From assembly GCA_045590475.1 (NCBI GenBank), contig JAZNQZ010000038.1, positions 1,700 through 65,699 on the forward strand: 64,000 bases of DNA, read 5' to 3'. How positions within the stretch are numbered: the stretch's first letter is position 1; the number at the start of each line of letters is the position of its first letter. The notes under the pieces were generated by a model. The model was not told the origin of the DNA and made no database searches. It was given only the letters and a program-made list of their open reading frames with translations. Made by a program: the position numbers and the translations under genes. This DNA comes from Christensenellaceae bacterium. Lineage in GTDB: Bacteria; Bacillota; Clostridia; Christensenellales; Borkfalkiaceae. This document shows, one piece after another, positions 55,966 through 64,000 of the stretch.

Positions 55966-57273
55966 ATGAATTTAAGTCCAAAACAAATCGTAACTGAACT
56001 CGATAAATATATAATCGGTCAAAAAGAAGCGAAAAAAGCAGTTGCAATCGCGTTAAGAAATAGATATAGAAGAAGTATGCTCTCTCAAAAAGAGATGGAA
56101 GAAATTACTCCAAAAAATATCATTATGAAAGGACCTACGGGGGTTGGTAAAACTGAAATCGCAAGAAGACTTGCTAAACTCGTCGGTGCGCCTTTCGTTA
56201 AGGTTGAAGCAACCAAATACACTGAAGTTGGTTACGTTGGTAGAGACGTTGAATCAATGATTAGAGACTTAGTTGAGTGTTCGGTGAGATTGGTTAAAGA
56301 AGAACGCTTTAATAAAGTCACTGAAAAAGCAGGTGGCGTAGTTGACGCTAAATTAGTTAAAATTTTAGCCGAAGTTCGTAAACTAGATAAGGGCGAAACC
56401 CCACAAGATATTTTTGAAAAGAATATTCTTGAAGGATTAAAGAAAGGTTATTACGACAACGAACTTATAGAAGTGGAAATCGTAGACAATCCTAAGCCTA
56501 TGGAACTAGTTCCTGGTGGTGCAGAAATTTCTATCGGCAGTATTTTTGGCGATATGATGCCAAAGAAGAGAAAGAAGAGAAAGTTGCTTGTTAAAGAAGC
56601 AAGAAAACTTTTGCTTCAAGAAGAAGCCGATAAACTTATTGATAACGATTCAGTTAATGAAGAAGCAATCCGTCGTGCTGAAAACGAAGGTATAATCTTT
56701 ATTGACGAAATAGATAAAATTGCTGCAAAAAGTTCAAAAGGCGGTGGACAAGACGTTTCTAGAGAAGGCGTTCAAAGGGATATTTTGCCTATCGTTGAAG
56801 GTTCAACCGTTATGACAAAATACGGTGCTATAAAGACCGATTACATTTTGTTTATAGCGGCGGGCGCGTTCCATATCTCAAAAGTGAACGATTTAATCCC
56901 AGAACTTCAAGGTAGATTTCCTATTTTAGTTGAACTTCACAGTTTAACAAAACAAGATTTTATAGATATTTTAACCACTCCACAAAACGCTATTACTATT
57001 CAATATGCAACCTTGTTAAAGGTTGACGGCGTGGATTTAAAGTTTACCGAAGACGCGATTAGTGAAGTTGCAAGAATTGCTGAAGATATGAACTCAACTA
57101 TGGAAGATATCGGTGCTAGAAGACTTCATACGGTTATGGAAAACTTGATTGAAGAAATATCGTTTACAGCGTCGGGCGAAGAAGAAAAAGAAGTCGTTAT
57201 CGACCGTGCTTACGTGATTTCAAAACTCGGTGGCGACACTAAATCAAAAGACTTGAAAAAATATATTCTTTAA
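55966..57273 (+). CDS. hslU: ATP-dependent protease ATPase subunit HslU
   Basis: LTPKQIV-like N-terminus, Walker A GPTGVGKTE, Walker B IIFIDEIDK, and the sensor region GRFPI. Confidence 0.95.
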   Translation: MNLSPKQIVTELDKYIIGQKEAKKAVAIALRNRYRRSMLSQKEMEEITPKNIIMKGPTGVGKTEIARRLAKLVGAPFVKVEATKYTEVGYVGRDVESMIRDLVECSVRLVKEERFNKVTEKAGGVVDAKLVKILAEVRKLDKGETPQDIFEKNILEGLKKGYYDNELIEVEIVDNPKPMELVPGGAEISIGSIFGDMMPKKRKKRKLLVKEARKLLLQEEADKLIDNDSVNEEAIRRAENEGIIFIDEIDKIAAKSSKGGGQDVSREGVQRDILPIVEGSTVMTKYGAIKTDYILFIAAGAFHISKVNDLIPELQGRFPILVELHSLTKQDFIDILTTPQNAITIQYATLLKVDGVDLKFTEDAISEVARIAEDMNSTMEDIGARRLHTVMENLIEEISFTASGEEEKEVVIDRAYVISKLGGDTKSKDLKKYIL

Positions 57274-57285
57274 GGAAAAATTGCT

Positions 57286-58539
57286 ATGATAAACATACCA
57301 AAAGGAACTAAAGACGTATTGCCACAAGATAGTTATAAATGGCAATTTATTGAAAAAATAGCAAGGGAAACTGCTGGTGTTTTCGGTGCTCAAGAAATAA
57401 GAACGCCTACCTTTGAACACACGGAAGTTTTTTTGCGTGGCGTAGGTGAAACTACCGATATCGTAAACAAGGAAATGTATACCTTTTTAGATAAAGGGGA
57501 TAGGTCTATTACCTTAAAACCTGAAGGTACGGCTGGAATTGCGCGCGCTTTCGTGGAAAACGGACTTAATAACTCAGCCCTTCCCGCTAAATTTTTCTAT
57601 ATTACCCCTTGCTTTAGATACGAAAGACCACAAGCGGGTAGACTTCGTGAATTTCACCAATTCGGCGTGGAATTTTTAGGTTCAAATTCCCCTGATATTG
57701 ATGCCGAAACTATTCTTTTAGCAAAGACTTTTCTAGAAAAGGTTGGAATTAAAAACGTTACGCTATTTATCAACAGTATCGGTTGCCCAAATTGTAGAAA
57801 AGATTACGAAAAAGCCTTAAAAGAATATTTAAACGCTAATACTCATAAACTTTGTCCACTTTGTAAGGATAGATTAGAAAAAAATCCACTTCGCGTTTTA
57901 GATTGCAAGAACGACGAGTGTAAGAATATCACTAAAAACGCACCTGTAATTTTAGATTATATTTGCGACGATTGTTCAAGCCACTTAAATAAGGTTAAAA
58001 AACTTTTAACTATAGCAGGGGTAGAATATGAAATTAATCCAAATATCGTTCGTGGGCTTGATTATTATACTAAAACGGTATTTGAATTCGTTTCTAATAA
58101 TATCGGCGCACAAGGAACGGTTTGTGGTGGTGGTAGATACGACGGCTTAATAAAACAATTAGGTGGAACGGATACTGCTGGTATCGGTTTTGCCGTTGGA
58201 TTAGAAAGAATTTTATTGCTTTTGGAAAATACGGGGGTAAAAATAGAAAACCCTAATAAAGTTAAGGTTTATTTTGCACCGATGGGTGAAATGGAAGGCG
58301 AAAAGGTTTTCGAAATAGTTTCAAATCTTAGAGAAAAAGGAATTTCTTGCGATTTTGACCATATGGGGCGCGGAATAAAAGCGCAATTTAAGTATGCTGA
58401 TAAAATTGGTGCTGAATATGTTGCCGTTATCGGTTCAAACGAACTTTTGGAAGGCAAAGCAAAACTAAAGAAAATGGCTGACGGAAGCGAAACGACCGTT
58501 GAGTTTTCTAAAATCGAAGAATTTTTAAGGAACGCTTAA
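57286..58539 (+). CDS. hisS: Histidine--tRNA ligase
   Basis: Class II motifs LKPEGTAG, FRYERPQAGRLREFHQ, GGGRYDGL, plus a C-terminal anticodon-binding domain. Confidence 0.93.
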   Translation: MINIPKGTKDVLPQDSYKWQFIEKIARETAGVFGAQEIRTPTFEHTEVFLRGVGETTDIVNKEMYTFLDKGDRSITLKPEGTAGIARAFVENGLNNSALPAKFFYITPCFRYERPQAGRLREFHQFGVEFLGSNSPDIDAETILLAKTFLEKVGIKNVTLFINSIGCPNCRKDYEKALKEYLNANTHKLCPLCKDRLEKNPLRVLDCKNDECKNITKNAPVILDYICDDCSSHLNKVKKLLTIAGVEYEINPNIVRGLDYYTKTVFEFVSNNIGAQGTVCGGGRYDGLIKQLGGTDTAGIGFAVGLERILLLLENTGVKIENPNKVKVYFAPMGEMEGEKVFEIVSNLREKGISCDFDHMGRGIKAQFKYADKIGAEYVAVIGSNELLEGKAKLKKMADGSETTVEFSKIEEFLRNA

Positions 58540-58540
58540 A

Positions 58541-58951
58541 ATGAGAGAAGTGGGCGTGGTAACTAAAATCGATGGAAAATTTGCGTCGGTTAAAGTGAAT
58601 AAAAAAGACGAGTGCAGTAAATGCGGATTGTGCTTGTTTCCAAAGAACGCTGATAGCGTTGAATTTAGGGCGAATAACGAAATTAATTCTTGCGTTGGGG
58701 ATAGTGTTATTATTGAATCTAAAAAAGACGGAAAACTTTTAGGCTCATTTTTAGTGTTTTTAGTTCCACTTCTTTTAATCGGTTTAAGTGCAATAATTTC
58801 TTATTCGGTTATAAAAAGTGAAATTTGGTTTTTACTTTTAAGTGTAATTTCAGTGGTTTTGTGGTATACTATTTTAGCATTTATCGACAAAAAACTGAAA
58901 AAATCGGTAAAATATGGTTTTATTATAATCGAAAAATGTAAAGGAGAATAA
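58541..58951 (+). CDS. RseC/MucC-family (SoxR-reducing-system-like) small membrane protein
   Basis: N-terminal beta domain with CSKCGLC followed by two TM helices. 136 aa. The family assignment is from memory of the pattern. Confidence 0.65.
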   Translation: MREVGVVTKIDGKFASVKVNKKDECSKCGLCLFPKNADSVEFRANNEINSCVGDSVIIESKKDGKLLGSFLVFLVPLLLIGLSAIISYSVIKSEIWFLLLSVISVVLWYTILAFIDKKLKKSVKYGFIIIEKCKGE

Positions 58952-58952
58952 T

Positions 58953-59279
58953 ATGAACAATGAAATTATTGAAATCGTTGACCAAAACGATTTTAACGAA
59001 CTTATAAAATCATCAAAGCCCGTGCTAGTTGATTTTTATGCTACTTGGTGTGGTCCTTGCAAGATGCAAGCACCAATCTTATACGAATTTAAAAGTGAAA
59101 TCGGCGAAAAGGCAACGGTCGCAAAAGTTGACGTTGACCAACTTCCAATTTTAGCCGAAAAATACGGGATTTTCTCAATCCCAACAATCACCGTTTTTAA
59201 GAACGGAGAATTAAAAGAAAAATCGGTTGGTTTATCAACCAAAGCAAATCTTGCCGAAATGGTTATCAAACATTTATAA
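58953..59279 (+). CDS. trxA: Thioredoxin
   Basis: WCGPCK active site. 108 aa. Confidence 0.93.
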   Translation: MNNEIIEIVDQNDFNELIKSSKPVLVDFYATWCGPCKMQAPILYEFKSEIGEKATVAKVDVDQLPILAEKYGIFSIPTITVFKNGELKEKSVGLSTKANLAEMVIKHL

Positions 59280-59308
59280 TACTATAAAAAACAAAGGAGA
59301 AACAAAAA

Positions 59309-60559
59309 ATGATTGATTTAACTTCTATTAAAATTGCAGACCCGGAAGTTTACGAAGGGTTAGAAAAGGAACTTAACAGACAAAAAAACAATATTGAACT
59401 TATTGCAAGCGAAAACTTCGTTTCTCAAAACGTTATGATTGCTGCTGGTAGCATACTTACCAATAAATATGCTGAAGGTTATCCAGAACATAGATATTAC
59501 GGTGGTTGTCAATACGTTGATATTGTTGAAAAGTTGGCGATTGAACGCGCTAAGAAACTCTTTGGTGCTGACCACGCAAACGTTCAACCACACAGTGGCG
59601 CAAACGCAAACTTTGCCGTTTATTTTGCCGTTCTCAACCCTGGTGATACCATTATGGGTATGAGTTTAGCGCACGGTGGACACTTAACTCACGGAAGTTC
59701 AGTTACCGTTTCAGGTAAATATTTTAATTCGGTTGGTTACGGTGTTAGTGAAGAAACGGGTACTATTGACTACGATGATTTGGAAAAACAAGTTTTAGAA
59801 GTTAAACCTAACATTTTCGTATGTGGTGCAAGTGCTTACGCAAGAGTAATCGACTTTAAGAGAATTAGAGAAATTTGTGATAAAGCAGGTTGCTACATGA
59901 TGGTTGATATCGCACATATTGCAGGTTTAGTTGCAACCGGTCTTCACCCAAGCCCTGTTCCATACGCAGATTTCGTTACCACAACCACTCATAAGACTTT
60001 AAGAGGTCCAAGAGGCGGTATGATTTTGTGTAAAGAACAATATGCAAAAATCATTGATAAAGCAGTGTTCCCAGGAACTCAAGGTGGTCCTTTAATGCAC
60101 ATTATTGCAGCAAAGGCAGTTGCTTTCGGTGAAGCGTTAAAACCAGAATTTAAGGCATACCAAGAACAAATCTTAAAGAATTCAAAAGCAATGAGTGAAA
60201 GATTCTTAGAACTTGGCGTAAATCTTGTGTCAGGTGGAACTGATAACCACTTAATGCTTTTAGACCTTTCAAATAAAGATATTACGGGTAAAGAACTTGA
60301 AAAGTTATTAGACGAAGTTAATATTACTCTAAATAAGAACGCTATTCCTTTCGATAAGCAAAAACCGTTCGTAACTAGTGGTGTAAGAATTGGTACGCCA
60401 AGTGTAACTAGCAGGGGCTTTAAGGAAGACGATTGCAGAAAGGTTGCAGAACTTGTTACCGAAATTATCAATAAGAAAGAAGAAGCGTTTGACTACGTTC
60501 GCGCTGAAGTTAAAAAACTTATTGAAAAATATCCACTCTACGAAGGAGTTATTAGATAA
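59309..60559 (+). CDS. glyA: Serine hydroxymethyltransferase
   Basis: [20 protein letters not shown], and [14 protein letters not shown] (PLP Lys). Confidence 0.97.
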   Translation: MIDLTSIKIADPEVYEGLEKELNRQKNNIELIASENFVSQNVMIAAGSILTNKYAEGYPEHRYYGGCQYVDIVEKLAIERAKKLFGADHANVQPHSGANANFAVYFAVLNPGDTIMGMSLAHGGHLTHGSSVTVSGKYFNSVGYGVSEETGTIDYDDLEKQVLEVKPNIFVCGASAYARVIDFKRIREICDKAGCYMMVDIAHIAGLVATGLHPSPVPYADFVTTTTHKTLRGPRGGMILCKEQYAKIIDKAVFPGTQGGPLMHIIAAKAVAFGEALKPEFKAYQEQILKNSKAMSERFLELGVNLVSGGTDNHLMLLDLSNKDITGKELEKLLDEVNITLNKNAIPFDKQKPFVTSGVRIGTPSVTSRGFKEDDCRKVAELVTEIINKKEEAFDYVRAEVKKLIEKYPLYEGVIR

Positions 60560-61543
60560 ATGTATACTTCAACTTTGAACTTATTGGATACAGAGATTGC
60601 CATTAAGTTTATTAAAGATACGTTTGAAAAAGATTTGGCGAAAGCATTAAAATTAACCCGCGTTTCAGCACCGCTTTTCGTTCAGCCTGAAACGGGGCTT
60701 AACGATAATCTCAACGGTTATGAACGCGCGGTTAGATTTGACGTGCTTAATTTAAAAAAGGAAGTGGAAATCGTTCAATCTCTTGCAAAATGGAAGAGAA
60801 TGGCGCTTGCTAAATATGAATTTAGCGCTGATACTGGCTTATATACCGATATGAACGCTATTCGCCGCGACGAAGATTTAGATGCAATCCACTCCGTTTA
60901 CGTTGACCAATGGGATTGGGAAAAGATTATAACTAGAAAAGAGCGCACTCTTTCTTACTTAAAAAAGACGGTTAGAAGCATTTACAAAGCGCTAAAAAAA
61001 CTATCCGTTGCAGTAAATAAGAAATATCCTTCTTTAACGCATAATCTTCCCGATGAAATTACTTTCGTTTCCACTAAAGAACTTGAAAAGGAATATCCAA
61101 ACTTATCTAGAAAAGATAGGGAAAATGAAATTGCTAAAAAGCATAAAGCCGTGTTTATTTATCAAATCGGTTGGAATCTTAGCGATGGGAAGCCACACGA
61201 TGGCAGAGCCGCTGATTACGACGATTGGAAATTAAACGGCGACCTTTTGTTGTGGTATGACGTTTTGGGAATCGCGTTAGAAATATCTTCAATGGGAATA
61301 AGGGTTGACGAAAAGAGTTTGGTTAAGCAATTAAAGAAAAAAGGCGAACTAAATAAACTTGAAAACCCATATTGCAAAGGGATAATGGAAAACAAACTTC
61401 CACTTACAATCGGTGGGGGTATCGGTCAATCAAGACTTTGTATGTTCTTCTTAAATAAAGCGCATATCGGCGAAGTGCAAGCGTCGGTTTGGAGCGAAGA
61501 AAGTATTAGAGAAAACGCAAAAAAGGGTATTAATCTTTTATAA
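60560..61543 (+). CDS. asnA: Aspartate--ammonia ligase (asparagine synthetase A)
   Basis: [26 protein letters not shown] and [10 protein letters not shown] are closely collinear with E. coli AsnA as I recall it. Confidence 0.9.
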   Translation: MYTSTLNLLDTEIAIKFIKDTFEKDLAKALKLTRVSAPLFVQPETGLNDNLNGYERAVRFDVLNLKKEVEIVQSLAKWKRMALAKYEFSADTGLYTDMNAIRRDEDLDAIHSVYVDQWDWEKIITRKERTLSYLKKTVRSIYKALKKLSVAVNKKYPSLTHNLPDEITFVSTKELEKEYPNLSRKDRENEIAKKHKAVFIYQIGWNLSDGKPHDGRAADYDDWKLNGDLLLWYDVLGIALEISSMGIRVDEKSLVKQLKKKGELNKLENPYCKGIMENKLPLTIGGGIGQSRLCMFFLNKAHIGEVQASVWSEESIRENAKKGINLL

Positions 61544-61544
61544 T

Positions 61545-62255
61545 ATGCAAACTTTTGATAGGGTTAAACTTCTTATTGGGGAAGAAAATCTTGAAAAATT
61601 AAAAAATTCTTCAGTTGCCGTTTTCGGCGTCGGTGGAGTTGGTGGATATTGCGCCGAAGCGTTGGTTAGAAGCGGTGTTGGTAGAATTGCGCTTTTTGAT
61701 AGTGATACGGTTAGCGAAAGCAACTTAAATCGCCAAATTATCGCAACGATTGACACCTTAAATAAGGATAAAGTCGAGGTGTTTAAAGATAGGCTTCTTT
61801 CGATTAACAAAGATTTAATCGTCACTTGTAATAAAGTGTTTTATCTTCCTGAAGTCGCTGATAATTATCCACTTAATGAGTACGATTATATAGTCGATGC
61901 TGTTGACACTGTTTCAGCCAAAATCGAACTTATAAAAAGGGCGAAAGAACAAGGCGTTCCTATAATATCTTGCATGGGAACGGGCGGGAAAATTGACCCT
62001 ACGAAACTTCAGGTAACCACTATTGAAAAGACTTCTTCATGTCCACTTGCAAGAGTTATGAGAAGGGAACTAAACAAGCGTCAAATCAAAGGCGTAAAAG
62101 TGGTTTATTCTACTGAAACTTTTTTAAGATGTGAAGAAGAAATAAATAAAAATAACGACGGAAAAAAACAAGTTCCACCTAGCATGATTTTCGTGCCGGC
62201 TTCGGCGGGACTTTTGCTTGCGAAAGAAGTCGTGTTTGATTTAATTAAGGATTAA
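61545..62255 (+). CDS. tcdA: tRNA threonylcarbamoyladenosine dehydratase (ThiF/MoeB-like E1 fold)
   Basis: VAVFGVGGVGGYCAEALVRSGVGRIALFDSDTVSESNLNRQ, and 236 aa as expected for TcdA. Confidence 0.82.
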   Translation: MQTFDRVKLLIGEENLEKLKNSSVAVFGVGGVGGYCAEALVRSGVGRIALFDSDTVSESNLNRQIIATIDTLNKDKVEVFKDRLLSINKDLIVTCNKVFYLPEVADNYPLNEYDYIVDAVDTVSAKIELIKRAKEQGVPIISCMGTGGKIDPTKLQVTTIEKTSSCPLARVMRRELNKRQIKGVKVVYSTETFLRCEEEINKNNDGKKQVPPSMIFVPASAGLLLAKEVVFDLIKD

Positions 62256-62259
62256 AAAT

Positions 62260-62796
62260 ATGAAAATTTTAATTGCTTCAGATATTCATGGTTCGGCTTA
62301 TTATACTAATGAACTAATGAAGATTTTTGAAAGAGAAAAGGCTGAAAAGTTGGTGCTTTTAGGTGACGTATATAATCACGGGCCAAGAAATGCTTTACCA
62401 AAAGATTATGCGCCCTTAAAGGTTGCTGAAATGCTTAACGAAATAAAGGATAAACTTATCGTAGTTAAAGGTAACTGCGACAGCCAAGTGGATACTTTAA
62501 TCTCCAACTTTTCTTTCGTTGAAGAAGCGGTAATTATTCTCGGTGGAAAAACCGTTATGTGTACTCACGGCCACGTTTATAATAAGGATAATATGCCTAA
62601 GACCTTTGTTGACCTTCTTATTTATGGGCATTTCCATACGGGATTTATTGAAGAAAAAGACGGGGTAATAGTTGCTAACGCAGGTTCTATTTCTCTACCT
62701 AAAAACCAAACCCCGAATAGTTATATTTTACTAGATGAAAAAAAGTTAAGCCTTAAAGATATAGACGGAAAAATTATTGCAGAAAAAGTTTTTTAA
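62260..62796 (+). CDS. yfcE: YfcE-type metallophosphoesterase (phosphodiesterase)
   Basis: ASDIHGS, LGDVYNHGPRNALPKDYAP, GNCDS, THGH and GHFH are collinear with E. coli YfcE as I recall it. Confidence 0.82.
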   Translation: MKILIASDIHGSAYYTNELMKIFEREKAEKLVLLGDVYNHGPRNALPKDYAPLKVAEMLNEIKDKLIVVKGNCDSQVDTLISNFSFVEEAVIILGGKTVMCTHGHVYNKDNMPKTFVDLLIYGHFHTGFIEEKDGVIVANAGSISLPKNQTPNSYILLDEKKLSLKDIDGKIIAEKVF

Positions 62797-63040
62797 TAAA
62801 AGATTAAGTATTAATTATATATAATGTAAAAAACTATTATACTAAATCCCTTGACAAAATTTTCAGGGTGAGGCGTATAATTTTAAATACTTAATTATGA
62901 TAGTTTTATTAATTAATAGTTAGATTTTTTTAAAAAAACATTTTCAAATCGTTGTGTTTTAGATTATTTTTTTGTATAATAAATGTTGGCGTTACGAATA
63001 AAAAGTTTATTTTGAGTGGAAAAAACTTTGGGAGAAAAAG

Positions 63041-64000
63041 ATGTTATCAATTAAAAATTTAGTTAAGGTGTATGACACCAAGGGGGGAGTTAACGTTCGC
63101 GCACTTGATTCAGTGTCGATTGATTTCCCCGAAACAGGTATGGTTTTCTTGCTTGGTCGAAGCGGTTCAGGTAAGTCAACCCTTTTAAATGTCGTTGGTG
63201 GACTTGATACTCCAACCGACGGTGAAATTATCGTTAAGGGTAGAAGTAGTAAGGATTTTACCGCTTCTGATTTTGACAGTTATAGAAACACTTACATTGG
63301 TTTCGTGTTCCAAGATTATAACTTGCTTAACGAATTTTCTATTGAAGAAAACATTGCTATTGCATTGAGACTTCAAAATAAGCCTAACGACCAAGAAGCC
63401 GTAGAAAATATCTTAAAATTGGTTGAACTTGGTGGAATGGGCAAGAGAAAGCCTAACACTTTATCGGGTGGTCAAAAGCAAAGGGTTGCGATTGCGCGTG
63501 CGCTTATTAAAAACCCTGAAATTATTATGGCTGACGAACCTACCGGTGCGCTTGACTCTAATACGGGTAAACAAATTTTTGATACCTTGAAAAAACTTTC
63601 GCAAACTAGATTGGTTATCGTAGTTTCTCACGATAGGTCTTTTGCGGAAGAATATGGCGATAGAATTATTGAACTTTCTGACGGTGTTATTATTTCGGAT
63701 AAAACTAGAACGGCTAGTAACGGTTCACTTGAAGATACGAACGTTACCGTTGTTAGTGACGACACTATAACCGTTAAAGATTGGAAGAAAGTTACTGAAG
63801 AAGATATTAAATATATCGTTTCTACTATGAAAGCGCATGGTGGCGAAACGGTTATTACTTCAGGTAAAAAAGAAGTTCCTGAAATTAAAAAAATCTTAAA
63901 AATTGATGAAAATGCTTCGGGAACTGTATTTAAGAAAACTGAAAAGGTTAACGTAAAAAAATACGACGGAAGCGAAGCCACCTTTATTAAATCGCGTTTA
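63041..64000 (+). CDS. ABC transporter ATP-binding protein (MacB/FtsX-associated type), 3' end outside the window
   Basis: Not in the ORF track because the frame runs off the window. ATG at 63041 after gggaga. Walker A GRSGSGKST, signature LSGGQKQR, Walker B IIMADEPTGALD, H-loop SHD. The ORF continues for more than 90 aa past the ATPase domain without a stop. Confidence 0.88.
   Translation, partial: MLSIKNLVKVYDTKGGVNVRALDSVSIDFPETGMVFLLGRSGSGKSTLLNVVGGLDTPTDGEIIVKGRSSKDFTASDFDSYRNTYIGFVFQDYNLLNEFSIEENIAIALRLQNKPNDQEAVENILKLVELGGMGKRKPNTLSGGQKQRVAIARALIKNPEIIMADEPTGALDSNTGKQIFDTLKKLSQTRLVIVVSHDRSFAEEYGDRIIELSDGVIISDKTRTASNGSLEDTNVTVVSDDTITVKDWKKVTEEDIKYIVSTMKAHGGETVITSGKKEVPEIKKILKIDENASGTVFKKTEKVNVKKYDGSEATFIKSRL

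Noticed and set aside
62851-62881. TTGACA ... TATAAT pair upstream of the ABC transporter gene.
   Set aside because: The spacer is 19 nt and the element lies about 160 nt from the ATG. An alternative TTGTGT-17-TATAAT lies at 62952-62980. Neither is good enough to list as a feature in A/T-rich DNA.

Overview
This 64-kb window is a chromosomal core segment from a low-GC Firmicutes (Clostridia-like) genome. It uses standard code 11, with TAA, TAG and TGA all serving as stops. It holds about 66 protein-coding genes, is densely coding, and most genes lie on the + strand. The content is mainly housekeeping operons with Bacillus/Clostridium-like synteny: ftsK-rimO-pgsA-cinA-recA-rny; mgsA; type III glutamine synthetase; typA; an ECF S component-coaX-hom group; LysR/aspA; minus-strand asd-dapA-dapB-yggS-sepF; hslO; asnS-plsX-rnc-smc-ftsY; ylxM-ffh-rpsP-khpA-rimM-trmD-rbgA-rnhB-yraN-rplS; comM-dprA-topA-trmFO-hslVU-hisS; and trxA-glyA-asnA-tcdA-yfcE. 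I see no rRNA, tRNA, CRISPR array, transposase, integrase, phage gene or recognisable defence/toxin module. I could not identify a convincing novel multi-gene system, and I say so rather than inventing one. The best leads, all modest, are: (1) an hslO-linked operon of a 562-aa TPR protein, a 276-aa HEAT-like protein and an untracked 43-aa basic micro-ORF; (2) an orphan 67-aa protein with 12 cysteines and two internal repeats, with its own SD and terminator; (3) tandem LRR lipoprotein paralogs whose first ~222 nt are nearly identical while the rest has diverged; (4) a ~1-kb insertion between ftsY and ylxM carrying a frameshifted XRE regulator and an orphan lipoprotein; (5) non-coding signals, namely two ~47-nt direct repeats downstream of rny, an 11-bp perfect inverted repeat over the glutamine synthetase promoter, a long imperfect hairpin downstream of typA, and hairpin plus U-tract leaders upstream of ylxM-ffh and the ECF-S/coaX operon. 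Several longest-ORF starts in the supplied track were moved to internal ATGs that have Shine-Dalgarno sequences. All homology calls come from reading motifs by eye, because no database search was possible.
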